Assembly (NCBI GenBank): GCA_047601245.1 | Contig: JASGJU010000002.1 | Location: 334,957 to 398,956 of the forward strand | Direction: 5' to 3' | DNA length: 64,000 nt | Origin: Pseudoxanthomonas sp. | GTDB taxonomy: Bacteria; Pseudomonadota; Gammaproteobacteria; Xanthomonadales; Xanthomonadaceae | Shown: positions 10,076 through 23,534 of the stretch, piece after piece | Numbering within the stretch: the stretch's first letter is position 1 | How the letters are laid out: every line of letters begins with the position of its first letter | Notes under the pieces: generated by a model | The model's database searches: none | What the model saw: only the letters and a program-made list of their open reading frames with translations | What the model was told of the DNA's origin: nothing | Program-made: the position numbers and the translations under genes

Positions 10076-11188
10076 GTGAACAGCTTCGGGCATCTTTTCC
10101 GCGTCACCACCTTCGGCGAATCGCATGGGCCGGCGATCGGCTGCGTGATCGACGGCTGCCCGCCGGGACTGGAGATCGCGCCGGAGGAATTCCGCCGCGA
10201 CCTCGACCGCCGCGCCACCGGCAAGACCCGGCATACCTCGGCGCGCAACGAGGCCGACGAGGTCGAAATCCTTTCCGGCGTGTACGAGGGCCGGACCACC
10301 GGCACGCCGATCGCGCTGCTGATCCGCAACACCGACCAGCGCAGCAAGGACTACGCGAAGATCGCCGAGCAGTTCCGACCCGGCCACGCCGATTACAGCT
10401 ACTGGCAGAAGTACGGCATCCGCGACCCGCGCGGCGGCGGGCGCTCGTCGGCGCGCGAGACCACGATGCGCGTGGCCGCCGCCGTCGTCGCGAAGAAATG
10501 GCTGAAGCAGCATTCCGGCATCGAAGTGCGCGGCTATCTGGCGCAACTGGGTGAAATCGCGCCGGATGCGTTCGACTGGAATGTAGTCGAAGACAACCCG
10601 TTCTTCTGGCCCTGCGCCGCACAGGTGCCGGAACTGGAAACCTACATGGATGCGCTGCGCAAGTCCGGCGACTCGGTCGGCGCGCGGGTCAACGTGGTCG
10701 CCGACAATGTGCCGCCGGGCTGGGGCGAGCCGATCTACGGCAAGCTGGACGGCGAACTGGCCGCTGCGCTGATGAGCATCAACGCGGTCAAGGGCGTGGA
10801 GATCGGCGACGGCTTCGCCAGCGTCGCGCAGAAGGGCACCGGACACCGCGACCTGATGACGCCGCAGGGCTTCCTGTCCAACCACGCCGGCGGCATCCTC
10901 GGCGGCATCTCCACCGGCCAGCCCGTCGTCGCCTCGATCGCGCTGAAGCCGACCTCCAGCCTGCGCCTGCCCGGCCGCAGCGTCGACGTCCACGGCAACG
11001 AAATCGAAGTGGTCACCACCGGCCGCCACGACCCTTGCGTCGGCATCCGCGCCACGCCCATAGCGGAAGCGATGGTCGCGCTGGTGCTGATCGACCAGGC
11101 GCTGCGGCATCGCGCGCAATGCGGCGACGTCGGCGACGTCGGGCCGCGGATTCCAGGCAGGGCGTCCCCGGGAAGCGCCGGTGGCTGA
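10076..11188 (+). CDS. aroC: Chorismate synthase
   Basis: [31 protein letters not shown] signatures; GTG start. Confidence 0.97.
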   Translation: MNSFGHLFRVTTFGESHGPAIGCVIDGCPPGLEIAPEEFRRDLDRRATGKTRHTSARNEADEVEILSGVYEGRTTGTPIALLIRNTDQRSKDYAKIAEQFRPGHADYSYWQKYGIRDPRGGGRSSARETTMRVAAAVVAKKWLKQHSGIEVRGYLAQLGEIAPDAFDWNVVEDNPFFWPCAAQVPELETYMDALRKSGDSVGARVNVVADNVPPGWGEPIYGKLDGELAAALMSINAVKGVEIGDGFASVAQKGTGHRDLMTPQGFLSNHAGGILGGISTGQPVVASIALKPTSSLRLPGRSVDVHGNEIEVVTTGRHDPCVGIRATPIAEAMVALVLIDQALRHRAQCGDVGDVGPRIPGRASPGSAGG

Positions 11189-12194
11189 GGCCAGGCCGCG
11201 CGTCTGGCTGGCCCGGCCGCTGTTCGAGGACGTCACCGGCCGGCTCGACGCCCATTTTGACGTGCTGCGCACCGCGCCGGCCGGCGACGAATACACGCCG
11301 ACCGAAGTCGCCGACTGCCTGCGCGACGCCGAGGGCGCGCTGGTGACGCTGGTCGAGCGCATCGGCAAGGCCGAGATCGCCGAAGCCGCGAAGCTGCACG
11401 CCGTCGCCAACGTCGCCGTCGGCTACAACAACCTCGACATTGCCGCGCTGAGCGAGCGCGGCATCGTCGCCACCAACACGCCCGACGTGCTCACCGAAAC
11501 CACCGCCGACCTCGGCTTCGCCCTGCTGATGGCCGCGGCGCGGCGCATCACCGAGGCCGAACGCTGGCTGCGCGAAGGGCGGTGGACCAAGTGGTCGTTC
11601 GACACGCTGCTGGGCCGCGACCTGCACGGCAGCACGCTGGGCATCCTCGGCATGGGCCGGATCGGGCAGGGCATCGCCCGCCGCGCTGCCGGCTTCGGCA
11701 TGCGCACGCTGTACCACAACCGCAGCCGCCTGCCGGAAGCGACCGAACGCGAAACCGGAGCCGGCTACGTCGGCTTCGACGAACTGCTGGCGCAATCCGA
11801 TCATCTGCTGCTGGTGCTGCCGTATTCGCCGCAGACCCACCACATCATCGACGCCGCCGCGCTGGCGAAGATGAAGCCGACCGCGACCCTGGTGAACATC
11901 GCCCGCGGCGGCCTGGTCGACGAAATCGCATTGGCCGACGCGCTCGCCCACGGCCGCCTCGCCGCCGCCGGCCTCGACGTGTTCGAGGGCGAACCGGTGG
12001 TGAGGCCGGAACTGTTGGCGCTGCGCAACGTCGTGTTGACCCCGCACATCGGCAGCGCCAGCCTGGCCACGCGCAGGGCGATGGTGTCGCTGGCGGTCGA
12101 CAACCTGATCGCCGCGCTGGGCTTCGGACCGGATGCGGGCAGGCCGCCGAACGCGGTGAACGCCGGTTTCATGGGCAACCGTTCCGGCGGTTAG
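11181..12194 (+). CDS. D-isomer-specific 2-hydroxyacid dehydrogenase (glyoxylate/2-ketogluconate reductase-like)
   Basis: [31 protein letters not shown]. Confidence 0.92.
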   Translation: MAEARPRVWLARPLFEDVTGRLDAHFDVLRTAPAGDEYTPTEVADCLRDAEGALVTLVERIGKAEIAEAAKLHAVANVAVGYNNLDIAALSERGIVATNTPDVLTETTADLGFALLMAAARRITEAERWLREGRWTKWSFDTLLGRDLHGSTLGILGMGRIGQGIARRAAGFGMRTLYHNRSRLPEATERETGAGYVGFDELLAQSDHLLLVLPYSPQTHHIIDAAALAKMKPTATLVNIARGGLVDEIALADALAHGRLAAAGLDVFEGEPVVRPELLALRNVVLTPHIGSASLATRRAMVSLAVDNLIAALGFGPDAGRPPNAVNAGFMGNRSGG

Positions 12195-12279
12195 CTTTCG
12201 CTTCCGCTATTCTTTTACGTTCCGATGCAGGAGCGGGCCAGTCCGCGACCGCGCCGCTTTCCCCACCACCGACGCAGAA

Positions 12280-13302
12280 ATGAACGCACAACGCCGCTTC
12301 AAAGTCGCGGTCGTCGGCGCCACCGGCGCCGTCGGCGAAACCATGTTGTCCATCCTGGCCGAGCGCAAGTTCCCGATTTCGGAACTGGTTGCGCTGGCTT
12401 CCGAGAAATCGGCGGGCACCGAGGTCGATTTCGGCGGCGAGAAAATCGAGGTGCAGGACCTGGCCACCTTCGATCCGGCGGGCGTGGACATCGCGCTGTT
12501 CTCGGCGGGCGGCGGCGTGTCGAAGGAGTACGCGCCGAAGTTCGCCGCCGCCGGCGCGGTGGTGATCGACAATTCCTCGACCTTCCGCTACGACGACGAC
12601 GTGCCGCTGGTGGTCAGCGAGGTCAATCCGGAAGCGGCCAAGAACCGTCCGCGCGGCATCATCGCCAACCCCAACTGCTCGACCATGCAGTTGATGCCGG
12701 TGCTCAAGCCGATCCACGACGAATACGGCATCGAGCGCATCAACGTGGCGACCTACCAGTCGGTGTCCGGCGGCGGCCGTTCGGCGATGGAGGAACTCGG
12801 CCGGCAGACCGCCGAGCTGCTGAACTTCCAGGACATCGAACCGAAGAAGTTCCCGGTGCAGATCGCCTTCAACCTGATCCCGCACATCGACGAGTTCCAG
12901 CCCAACGGCTACACCAAGGAAGAGATGAAGCTGGTCTGGGAGACGCAGAAGATCCTCGGCGACACGTCGATCCAGGTGAACCCGACAGCGGTGCGCGTGC
13001 CGGTGTTCTACGGCCACTCCGAGGCGGTCAACGTCGAGACGAAGAAGAAGATCAGCCCCGAGCAGGCGCGCGAACTGCTGGCCAAGGCGCCGGGCGTGGT
13101 GGTGGTCGACGAACGCAAGGCCGGCGGCTACCCGACCCCGGTGACGCACGCCTCCGGCAAGGATCCGGTGTTCGTCGGCCGCATCCGCGAGGACTTCTCG
13201 CATCCGCGCGGGCTCAACCTGTGGGTGGTGGCCGACAACATCCGCAAGGGCGCGGCCTTGAACGCGGTGCAACTGGCGGAACTGGTCGCCGCCGGCGGCT
13301 GA
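12280..13302 (+). CDS. asd: Aspartate-semialdehyde dehydrogenase
   Basis: VVGATGAVG, IDNSSTFR, IANPNCST, DNIRKGAALNAVQ. Confidence 0.97.
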   Translation: MNAQRRFKVAVVGATGAVGETMLSILAERKFPISELVALASEKSAGTEVDFGGEKIEVQDLATFDPAGVDIALFSAGGGVSKEYAPKFAAAGAVVIDNSSTFRYDDDVPLVVSEVNPEAAKNRPRGIIANPNCSTMQLMPVLKPIHDEYGIERINVATYQSVSGGGRSAMEELGRQTAELLNFQDIEPKKFPVQIAFNLIPHIDEFQPNGYTKEEMKLVWETQKILGDTSIQVNPTAVRVPVFYGHSEAVNVETKKKISPEQARELLAKAPGVVVVDERKAGGYPTPVTHASGKDPVFVGRIREDFSHPRGLNLWVVADNIRKGAALNAVQLAELVAAGG

Positions 13303-13384
13303 TCGGCCGGGGCCGGCCGGCCTCGCCAAGAAAATGGCGCAGGAAGCTGCGCCATTCCCTTGTTTCGGCTTATATTTGCCGGCC

Positions 13385-15232
13385 ATGAACGGGGGCAAGC
13401 GCTTGAACCGAACCCAATCGAAGCCGGTGTTGCGTTGGTTGTCGGGCATCGTCCTGCTGCTGGCCAGCGGCGCGGCAATGGCGCTGGGCCTGGGCGAAGT
13501 CCGGGTGCTTTCCCGGCCGGGGCAGCCGCTGGTCGCAGAAATCCCGATCATTTCCAGTGATCCGGCCGAACTGGAGAACCTGCGGGTCGGGCTTGCGCCG
13601 CCGGAGGTGTTCGAGCGGGTCGGCCTGTCGCGGGCGCAGGGCCTGGTGCAGGAACTGGACTTCGCGGTCGCGGTGTCCGGCAATGGCGCCCCGGTGATCC
13701 GGGTGACCAGCCATACCCCGGTGGAATCGTCGGCGGTGAATTTCCTGGTCGAGGTCAACTGGGGCCAGGGCCGGCTGGTGCGCGAGTATTCCGTGCTGGT
13801 GGGCGCGCCGGGTACCGTCGCCGCGGTATCGGAGCCGGCGATCGACGCGCCGGCGGCCGCGCCTTCGGACACCATCGTGCGCGAACCGGAGCCGACGGTC
13901 GCCGCCGCGCCGACCGAAACGGCCGAACCCGCCCGGCCGGAACCCGAGCCCGCCCGCCCGCAAGCCCCGCCGCCTGCCGCCGCGCCCGAACCCGCGCCGC
14001 GCCCGCCGGTCGCGGCGGCCGCGCCGGTGCAGGCCGGCGACGTGCTGGCGACAGTGCGCGGCGGCCAGACCCTGTCCGGCATCGCCAGCCAGTTGCGCAG
14101 CGGGCAGAGCCTCAACCAGACCATGCTGGCGCTGCTGCGCGCCAACCCCGAAGCCTTCATCAACGGCAACATCAACCTGCTCAAGCAGGGCGCGGTGCTG
14201 CGGATGCCGTCGTCGGCCGAGATGACGCAGTTGAGCCGCGCCGAAGCCAATGCGCTGGTCGGCCAGCAGGTCGCCGAATGGCGGCAGGCGCGGCGTCCGG
14301 TGCTGCAGCCGGCGGCCGTCGCCGACGCGCCTTCGGCGCCCGTCGCGCAAGGGGCGTCGAAGGTCGGATCGCAGGCCGATCCGGCGCGGCTGGAAATCGC
14401 GCCGGCGGTGGCCGACGCAAACAAACGCAAGGGAACCACATCCGGCCTGCAGGCCGGCGGCGAGGGCGACATGCTGGCGGACGAGAAATTGCAGCAGGCC
14501 ACCGAGGACGTCGCGTCGCGCGATGCCGAAGTGCGGGAATTGCGCGCCCAGGTGGCCGAACTGGAGAAGATCAAGCAGCAGCAGGAAAAGCTGATCGCGC
14601 TGAAGGACAGCGACCTGGCCGCCACGCAGCAGAAGCTGGCGCAGTCGCAGGGCGCAGGCGCACCGACGACGTGGCTGTGGATCGGCGTGCTGCTGCTGGC
14701 CGCGGGCCTGTTCGCCGGCTGGCTGTTCGCGCGCCTGCGCCGGGAACGGGAAAAGGCCCCGCCGCGTCCGCGCTTCGACGCCTCCACGCTGGCGGCCGCG
14801 ACGGCGACCGTGGATGCCGGCCGGACCGCGGCCGAGGATGCGGATGCCGAGCTGGACGCGCCGGCGGAGCCGGGCTTCGTCGATGAAGGAACGCCTGCCG
14901 CCACGTCCGCCGAGCCGGATTCCGCCGATGAGGAGTCGCCCGCCGTCGCGCCATCCCAGCCGGCCGCTCCGCCCCGGACCGGACCGGAGCAATGGGAGCG
15001 CCAGTGGAACATGGGCCTGCGCAACCAGCCGACCTGGCACGTCCCCGATCCGGGCCTCGACGTCACCCCGCTCAACGCCGCGCCCGCCGGCCGCGAACGG
15101 CTGGAGCTGGCGATCGCCTACCTGGAACTGGGCGACAAGACCACCGCGCGCGGACTGTTGAACGAAGTGGTCGCCGGCAACGACGCGCAGGCGCGCGAAC
15201 AGGCGGCGCGGATGCTGCGCGAACTGGACTGA
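13385..15232 (+). CDS. fimV: FimV/HubP-like polar landmark protein
   Basis: [18 protein letters not shown]-terminus, LysM region ([18 protein letters not shown]), coiled coil, TM helix, C-terminal [12 protein letters not shown]; asd-fimV-truA context. Confidence 0.88.
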   Translation: MNGGKRLNRTQSKPVLRWLSGIVLLLASGAAMALGLGEVRVLSRPGQPLVAEIPIISSDPAELENLRVGLAPPEVFERVGLSRAQGLVQELDFAVAVSGNGAPVIRVTSHTPVESSAVNFLVEVNWGQGRLVREYSVLVGAPGTVAAVSEPAIDAPAAAPSDTIVREPEPTVAAAPTETAEPARPEPEPARPQAPPPAAAPEPAPRPPVAAAAPVQAGDVLATVRGGQTLSGIASQLRSGQSLNQTMLALLRANPEAFINGNINLLKQGAVLRMPSSAEMTQLSRAEANALVGQQVAEWRQARRPVLQPAAVADAPSAPVAQGASKVGSQADPARLEIAPAVADANKRKGTTSGLQAGGEGDMLADEKLQQATEDVASRDAEVRELRAQVAELEKIKQQQEKLIALKDSDLAATQQKLAQSQGAGAPTTWLWIGVLLLAAGLFAGWLFARLRREREKAPPRPRFDASTLAAATATVDAGRTAAEDADAELDAPAEPGFVDEGTPAATSAEPDSADEESPAVAPSQPAAPPRTGPEQWERQWNMGLRNQPTWHVPDPGLDVTPLNAAPAGRERLELAIAYLELGDKTTARGLLNEVVAGNDAQAREQAARMLRELD

Positions 15233-15236
15233 TCCG

Positions 15237-16052
15237 GTGCCGCGCTACGCGCTGGGCGTCGAATACGACGGCAGCGGCTTCCGCGGCTGGCAGCGCCTGA
15301 GCACGGCCGGCTCGCCGGAAGAGGCCGCGACCGCGGCCGAAGCCGACACCGTGCAGGAGGCGCTGGAGCTGGCGCTTTCGCAGGTCGCCGCCGAACCGGT
15401 GGCCACGATCTGCGCCGGCCGCACCGACGCCGGCGTGCACGGCCGCTGCCAGGTCGTGCATTTCGACACCGATGCCGTGCGCGACCCGCGCGGCTGGGTG
15501 CTGGGCGTCACCAGCCACCTGCCGCCGGCGGTCGCCGCGCTGTGGTGCGCACCGGTGGCCGACGATTTCAGCGCGCGCTTCTCCGCGGTGGCGCGCCGCT
15601 ACCGCTACCGCATCCTGACCCGTAGGGTGCGGCCTTCGCTGCACCGGCAATACCTGTCGTGGGAACGCAACCGCCTGGACGCCGACGCCATGCACCGCGC
15701 CGCGCAGGCGCTGCTGGGCGAGAACGACTTCTCCGCGTTCCGCAGCGCCGAGTGCCAGGCCGCCCACGCGATGCGCGAACTGCAGTCGATCGGCGTGCGC
15801 CGCGACGGCGACGAGGTCGTGATCGACGTGCAGGCCAACGCCTTCCTGCACCACATGGTCCGCAACATCGTCGGCTCGCTGATGATGGTGGGGCGCGGCG
15901 AACGCCCCGAACGCTGGATCGCCGAACTGCTGGCCGGCCGCGACCGTACGTTGGCGGGCCCGACCGCGCCGGCCGGCGGCCTGTTGTTCATCGGCCCGCT
16001 GTATCCGGCCAGGTGGAACCTGCCGGCGGAAGTGACGCTTGCGGTGGGATAG
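15237..16052 (+). CDS. truA: tRNA pseudouridine(38-40) synthase
   Basis: [31 protein letters not shown]. Confidence 0.96.
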   Translation: MPRYALGVEYDGSGFRGWQRLSTAGSPEEAATAAEADTVQEALELALSQVAAEPVATICAGRTDAGVHGRCQVVHFDTDAVRDPRGWVLGVTSHLPPAVAALWCAPVADDFSARFSAVARRYRYRILTRRVRPSLHRQYLSWERNRLDADAMHRAAQALLGENDFSAFRSAECQAAHAMRELQSIGVRRDGDEVVIDVQANAFLHHMVRNIVGSLMMVGRGERPERWIAELLAGRDRTLAGPTAPAGGLLFIGPLYPARWNLPAEVTLAVG

Positions 16053-16058
16053 TTTTCG

Positions 16059-16108
16059 CTCGTCCTTCCCGCCTTCGCGGGAATGACGAGCCGAAGCGGT
16101 TACGCTTT
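16059..16108 (-). repeat. Solo CGTC-type REP plus 15-bp accessory hairpin
   Basis: 16065-16090 matches the right repeat core (10033-10058) at 23/26 and is followed by AAGCGGTTACGCTTT. Confidence 0.85.
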
Positions 16109-16136
16109 CCTCCAACCTCCGGCCTCTGTTTCCTCC

Positions 16137-16787
16137 ATGTCCCTCACCCGGATCAAATTCTGCGGCTTCACCCGCGCCGCCGACCTCGCGTTGGCGGTCG
16201 AACTGGGCGTGGACTACGTCGGTCTGGTGTTCGCGCCGCGCAGCGCGCGCCGGCTGTCGCCGGAACAGGCGCGGGCGCTGCGCGCCGCGGTACCGGAAAC
16301 CATCGGCGTGGTCGCGCTGCTGATGGACAACCCGGCCGACGAGGCGCGCGCCATCGTCGATGCGGTGCAGCCGGACGCGCTGCAATTCCATGGTGGCGAG
16401 GACGCCGCCTTCTGCGCCGGCTTCGGCCTGCCGTTCTGGAAGGCCATCGCGATGGGCGGGCAGGGCGTGGATGCGCTGGGCGAATTCGCGCGATATCCGT
16501 CCGCGTCGGCCTTTCTGCTGGATGGCCACGGCGCGGGAGAACCCGGCGGCAGCGGCCAGTCCTTCGACTGGACCCTGGCGCCGCAGGCGGTCGGCAAGCC
16601 GGTGCTGCTGGCCGGCGGCCTGTCGCCGGACAACGTCGGCGTCGCGATCCGCACCGCGCGGCCTTGGGGCGTGGACGTGTCCAGCGGCATCGAATCCGCG
16701 CCCGGCGCGAAGAGCGCGGAAAAGATGCGCGCCTTCGTCGATGCCGTGCGGCGGGCGGATGCGGCAACCGCCGCGCGGATTGTGTAG
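16137..16787 (+). CDS. trpF: Phosphoribosylanthranilate isomerase
   Basis: [33 protein letters not shown]. Confidence 0.96.
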   Translation: MSLTRIKFCGFTRAADLALAVELGVDYVGLVFAPRSARRLSPEQARALRAAVPETIGVVALLMDNPADEARAIVDAVQPDALQFHGGEDAAFCAGFGLPFWKAIAMGGQGVDALGEFARYPSASAFLLDGHGAGEPGGSGQSFDWTLAPQAVGKPVLLAGGLSPDNVGVAIRTARPWGVDVSSGIESAPGAKSAEKMRAFVDAVRRADAATAARIV

Positions 16788-16801
16788 GCTATGCCTTCGC
16801 C

Positions 16802-16885
16802 ATGAACGCCTCCCGCCGCCCATCCGCGCCCTTCGGCCGCTCGCTGCGCCGCTGGCGCCGCGTGCCCGCCGCCGCCGTCAGGTGA
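16802..16885 (+). promoter_or_regulatory. Candidate Trp-containing leader peptide (27 aa) upstream of trpB
   Basis: [27 protein letters not shown], followed by the palindrome TGCAGCCGATCGGCTGCA at 16927-16944. Confidence 0.4.
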
Positions 16886-16965
16886 CGCGCGCCGGCATCG
16901 CCCGGCCTTGCATCGCATCCGTTTCCTGCAGCCGATCGGCTGCATCCCGCGTTCTGGAGAACTCC

Positions 16966-18185
<1,220 letters not shown>

Positions 18186-18207
<22 letters not shown>

Positions 18208-18275
18208 CGGCCACTGGCCGCTGTGCATATCCACGCCCGGCCATGGATGGCCGGGTAAGGGCGATCCGAAGCCCT
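18186..18275. repeat. Cluster of nested hairpins spanning the trpB stop and the trpB-trpA spacer
   Basis: 12-bp stem 18190-18201/18223-18234 around an 8-bp stem; second hairpin CCCGGCCAT-GG-ATGGCCGGG at 18236-18255. Confidence 0.55.
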
Positions 18276-18320
18276 GATTCCGCGCCATGGATGGCTACGT
18301 TGATCTGACAGGAATTCCCC

Positions 18321-19121
18321 ATGAGCCGCATCGCATCCAAATTCGCCGCCCTGAAAGCGGCCGACCGCAAGGCCCTGGTCCCCTTCGTCACCGCCGGCGA
18401 CCCGTCGCTGCAGGCCACCGTGCCGGTGATGCACGCGCTGGTCGCCGCCGGCGCCGACGTGATCGAACTGGGCGTGCCGTTCTCCGATCCGATGGCCGAC
18501 GGCCCGACCATCCAGCGCAGTTCCGAACGTGCGCTGGCCCGCGGCGCGGGACTTCGATACGTATTGCAGGCGATCGCCGAATTCCGCGAGACCGATGCGA
18601 CCACGCCGGTGGTGCTGATGGGCTACCTGAACCCGGTCGAGATCCACGGCAGCGAGCGCTTCGCGCGGGAAGCCGCCGAAGCCGGCGTCGACGGCGTATT
18701 GCTGGTCGACCTGCCGCCGGAAGAAGCGGCGGAAACCCGCGTCGTCTTCAACCATAACGGCGTCGACCTGATCGCGCTGGCCGCGCCGACCACCAGCGAC
18801 GAACGCCTGGACGCGCTTTGCGCCGAGGCGCAGGGCTACCTGTACTACGTCAGCTTCGCCGGCGTCACCGGCGCGTCCGAGCGCCTGGACGCTGCCGCCG
18901 CCGGCGAGCGCCTGCGCCGCATCCGCGCGCGGGCGAAAGCGCCGGTGGTGGCCGGTTTCGGCATCAAGGACGCCGCCAGCGCCAGGGCCATGTCGCACGA
19001 TGCCGACGGCGTGGTGGTCGGCAGCGTGCTGGTCGCCGCCCTGGCCGACGCCGCCGACCCGGCGGCCGCGGCTGCCGCCTTCCTCGCCCCGCTGCGCCAG
19101 GCCCTGGACGCGCAAGGGTAG
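18321..19121 (+). CDS. trpA: Tryptophan synthase alpha chain
   Basis: [31 protein letters not shown]. Confidence 0.98.
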   Translation: MSRIASKFAALKAADRKALVPFVTAGDPSLQATVPVMHALVAAGADVIELGVPFSDPMADGPTIQRSSERALARGAGLRYVLQAIAEFRETDATTPVVLMGYLNPVEIHGSERFAREAAEAGVDGVLLVDLPPEEAAETRVVFNHNGVDLIALAAPTTSDERLDALCAEAQGYLYYVSFAGVTGASERLDAAAAGERLRRIRARAKAPVVAGFGIKDAASARAMSHDADGVVVGSVLVAALADAADPAAAAAAFLAPLRQALDAQG

Positions 19122-19260
19122 GCGTGGGCTTGTCCGCGCGCCTGCCCGGATGCCGACATCCCGCGGCGTATGGCCGTACAGGCGCGCGACCCCGGCTCAG
19201 TTGCTAAAATTGGTTCCTTGGGGCCGCCAGCCGGCCCTTCCCAATGGAATCCCCGAACCG

Positions 19261-20141
<881 letters not shown>

Positions 20142-20145
<4 letters not shown>

Positions 20146-21521
20146 GCCGCAAGTACTTCGGCACCGACGGCATTCGCGGCCGCGTCGGCATCGCGCCGAT
20201 CTCGGCCGACTTCATCCTGCGCCTGGGCAACGCCTACGGCCAGACGCTGCTCGCCGACGCCAGGCACCGGCTGAAGGCCGGGCACAGCGAAGCCTGGCGC
20301 AAGCCGCTGGTCATCATCGGCAAGGACACGCGCATCTCCAACTACATGTTCGAGGCGGCGCTGGAAGCCGGGCTGTCGGCGGCGGGCGTGGACGTGCAAC
20401 TGATGGGGCCGATGCCGACCCCGGCGGTGTCGCACCTGACCCGCGCGCTGCGCGCCGACGGCGGCATCGTCATTTCGGCCTCGCACAACCCGCACCACGA
20501 CAACGGCGTCAAGTTCTTCTCGGCCGAGGGCGAAAAGCTGGACGACGCCACCGAGGCGGCGATCGAGGCGGCGCTGGAACTGCCCTTCGTCACCGTGGCC
20601 TCGGAGGCGCTGGGCAAGGCGGTGCGCACCCGCGACGCGGTCGGCCGTTACGTGGAGTTCTGCAAGAACTCGGTCTCGCGCCGCTTCGACCTGCAGGGCA
20701 TGCACATCGTGGTCGACTGCGCCAACGGCGCGACCTACCAGGTCGCGCCGATCGTGTTCTCCGAACTGGGCGCGAAGGTCGAAACGATCGGCGTGCAGCC
20801 CAACGGCCTGAACATCAACGACGGCGTCGGCTCGACCCACCCGCAGGCCCTGGCCGCGCGCGTGCGCGAAAGCGGCGCGGACCTGGGCATCGCCTTCGAC
20901 GGCGACGGCGACCGGGTGATGTTCGTCGACGCCGGCGGCGAGGTGATCGACGGCGACGGGCTGGTCTACATCCTCGCCCGCGCCTGGAAGAAGCGCGGAC
21001 GCCTGCGCGGCGCGGTGGTCGGCACGCTGATGAGCAACTACGGGCTGGAGCGCGCGCTGGCGCGGCACGAGATTCCGTTCCTGCGGGTCAAGGTCGGCGA
21101 CCGCTACGTGCACCAGGCGCTGGTCGAAGGCCAGGGCATCCTCGGCGGCGAGGCCTCCGGCCACATCCTGTGCCTGGACCGCGCCAATACCGGCGACGGC
21201 ATCGTCAGCGCCTTGCAGGTGCTGGAAGCGCTGCACGGCGACGGCGCCGGCCTGCGCGACGCCCTGGAAGGGCTGGCCATGCTGCCGCAGCAGACCGTCA
21301 ACGTGCGCCTGCAGGGCAGCGCCAAGGCGGTGGTCGAAGCCGCCGCCGTGCAGACCGCGCTGGCCGAAGCGCAGGCGGCGGTGTCCGGCCGCGGCCGCGC
21401 CTTCCTGCGCCCGTCCGGCACCGAGCCGGTGGTGCGGGTCACGGTCGAGGCCGACGACGACGCCTTGATGCAGGCGACGCTGGACAGGCTGGCCGCCGCG
21501 GTGCGCGCCGCGGCGGCTTGA
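20142..21521 (+). CDS. glmM: Phosphoglucosamine mutase
   Basis: [35 protein letters not shown]. Confidence 0.97.
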
Positions 21522-21592
21522 GCCGGATCAAGGCATTCGCGGCGGCATCGACGGACGATGCCGCCGGATCGCATTCACGGAGTAACCAACAG

Positions 21593-22546
21593 ATGGCATC
21601 CCGCATTCCCACCCTCGACATCACCCGCTACGACAGTGATCGCGACGCCTTCGTCGCCGAACTGGGCGCGGCCTACCGCGAATGGGGCTTCGCCGGCATC
21701 CGCAACCACGGCATCCCACAGACGCTGATCGACGACGCCTACGCGGCGTTCTGCAAGTTCTTCGCGCTGCCGGAGGAAACCAAGAAGAAGTACCACGTGC
21801 CCGGCAGCGGCGGCGCGCGCGGCTACACCCCGTTCGGGGTCGAGACGGCGAAGGACTCCAAGTACTTCGACCTGAAGGAGTTCTGGCACATCGGCCGCGA
21901 GATTCCCGACGACTCGAAGTACCGCGACGTCATGCCGCCGAACATCTGGCCGGAAGAGGTGCCGGAATTCCGCGAGCACGGCTACGCGCTCTACGACGCG
22001 CTGGACAGGCTGGGTTCGCGCGTGCTCTGCGCGCTGGCGCTGCACATCGGCCTGCCGGAGCACTGGTTCGCCGACAAGACCAACAACGGCAATTCGATCC
22101 TGCGCCCGATCCATTACCCGCCGATCACCGGCGACGCGGCTTCTATCGAGAAACTCCCCAACGTCCGCGCCGGCGCGCACGGCGACATCAACTTCATCAC
22201 CCTGCTGGTCGGCGCCAGCGCCGCCGGGCTGGAAGTGCTGTCGCGCGACGGCGAATGGGTGCCGTTCACCTCGGACGGGGACACCATCGTCGTCAACATC
22301 GGCGACATGCTCCAGCGCCTGACCAACCACGTGTACCCGTCGACCATCCACCGCGTGGTCAACCCGCCGGGCGAGCAGGCGCGCCAGCCGCGCTACTCGG
22401 TGCCGTTCTTCCTGCACCCGAACCCGGATTTCCTGATCGACGTGCTGCCGTCGTGCATCACGCCGGACAACCCGAGCCGCTATCCGGAGGCGATCACCGC
22501 CCACGGATTCCTCGAGGAGCGGTTGAAGGAAATCAAGCTCAAGTAG
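21593..22546 (+). CDS. 2-oxoglutarate/Fe(II) dioxygenase, isopenicillin N synthase-like family
   Basis: HGDINFITLL (HxD), STIHRV, RYSVPFF. Confidence 0.92.
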   Translation: MASRIPTLDITRYDSDRDAFVAELGAAYREWGFAGIRNHGIPQTLIDDAYAAFCKFFALPEETKKKYHVPGSGGARGYTPFGVETAKDSKYFDLKEFWHIGREIPDDSKYRDVMPPNIWPEEVPEFREHGYALYDALDRLGSRVLCALALHIGLPEHWFADKTNNGNSILRPIHYPPITGDAASIEKLPNVRAGAHGDINFITLLVGASAAGLEVLSRDGEWVPFTSDGDTIVVNIGDMLQRLTNHVYPSTIHRVVNPPGEQARQPRYSVPFFLHPNPDFLIDVLPSCITPDNPSRYPEAITAHGFLEERLKEIKLK

Positions 22547-22564
22547 GAGCGGCGCAAGCCGCGA
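22543..22564 (+). repeat. GTAG-type REP-like hairpin overlapping the dioxygenase stop codon
   Basis: GTAG-GA-GCGGC-GCAA-GCCGC-GA. Confidence 0.6.
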
Positions 22565-22574
22565 AAGCTTTTCG

Positions 22575-22607
22575 CGAAGGGCGGGATGTTTCCCGCCCTT
22601 CGTTTTT
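22575..22607 (+). terminator. Intrinsic terminator between convergent genes
   Basis: 12-bp stem CGAAGGGCGGGA/TCCCGCCCTTCG followed by TTTTT. Confidence 0.8.
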
Positions 22608-22653
22608 CCGCTCGCCGCTCCGGTTCGACCAGCCATACGCCGGCCGACAAACC

Positions 22654-23493
22654 TCAGTCGACCTTGCGGTATTTCTTGGAGTTCCGTTTCATCAACTCCA
22701 GCATCCACGATTCCGGCAGGTGCTTGGCGACGAACGTCAGCAGCTTGTAGCGCCAGCCCGGCACGCAGATCACCTGGCCGCGTTCGGCCGCGTCGACGCC
22801 GGCGCGGGCCACGTCGTCGGCTCGCAGCCAGATCCCCTTCGGCAGCTTGTCCATCAGCCCGCGCGTGCCGGTCACGTCGTGGAATTCCGACCGGGTGAAG
22901 CCCGGGCACAGTGCGGTGACATGCACGCCGCGGTCGAGGTTCTCCAGCGCCAGCGATTCGCTGAACTTGACCATGTACGCCTTGACCGGCGCGTACAGGG
23001 TCTGCCCGTCGGCGCCGGGCACCAGTCCGGCGACCGAGGACACGTTGAGGATGCGGCCGTCGCCGCTGTCGCGGATGTCCGGCAGCAGACGCCAGGTCAG
23101 TTCGCTGACCGCGCCGACCATCACCTGCAGGAACGCCGCGTGGGTCGGCCAGTCGTTGACCCGGTAGCGGCCGGCCACGCCATAGCCGGCGTTGTTGACG
23201 AGGATCCGCACCTTCAGCCCGCGACGGTGGATTTCGTCCACCAGCGCCGCTGGCGCGGCGGGATCGGACAGGTCGGCGGCGATCGTTTCCACCGGTACCT
23301 GCGGGCGCAATTCGTCCGCCAGCCGCTGCAACCGCTCCACGCGCCGTGCGGTCAGGACCAGCGGTACGCCGCGGCGCGCGTATTCGCGGGCGATCTCCGC
23401 GCCGATGCCGCTGGAAGCGCCGGTCACCAGCGCGTATCCGGCGGGGGCGGGGGAGGCGCCGCTTTCAGCGGCGGCGGGCGAAACAGGGTCCAT
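22654..23493 (-). CDS. Short-chain dehydrogenase/reductase
   Basis: TGASSGIG, NNAG, YAPVK (YxxxK). Confidence 0.93.
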   Translation of the reverse strand: MDPVSPAAAESGASPAPAGYALVTGASSGIGAEIAREYARRGVPLVLTARRVERLQRLADELRPQVPVETIAADLSDPAAPAALVDEIHRRGLKVRILVNNAGYGVAGRYRVNDWPTHAAFLQVMVGAVSELTWRLLPDIRDSGDGRILNVSSVAGLVPGADGQTLYAPVKAYMVKFSESLALENLDRGVHVTALCPGFTRSEFHDVTGTRGLMDKLPKGIWLRADDVARAGVDAAERGQVICVPGWRYKLLTFVAKHLPESWMLELMKRNSKKYRKVD

Positions 23494-23534
23494 CGGGTAT
23501 CCTTGCGCGTCCGAATTGGAATGAAACTGGTCTC

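Noticed and set aside
13850-14030. Pro/Ala/Glu-rich quasi-repeats in fimV and the acidic run in the transglycosylase (about 5035-5110)
   Set aside because: Low-complexity linkers typical of these families, not DNA repeats.
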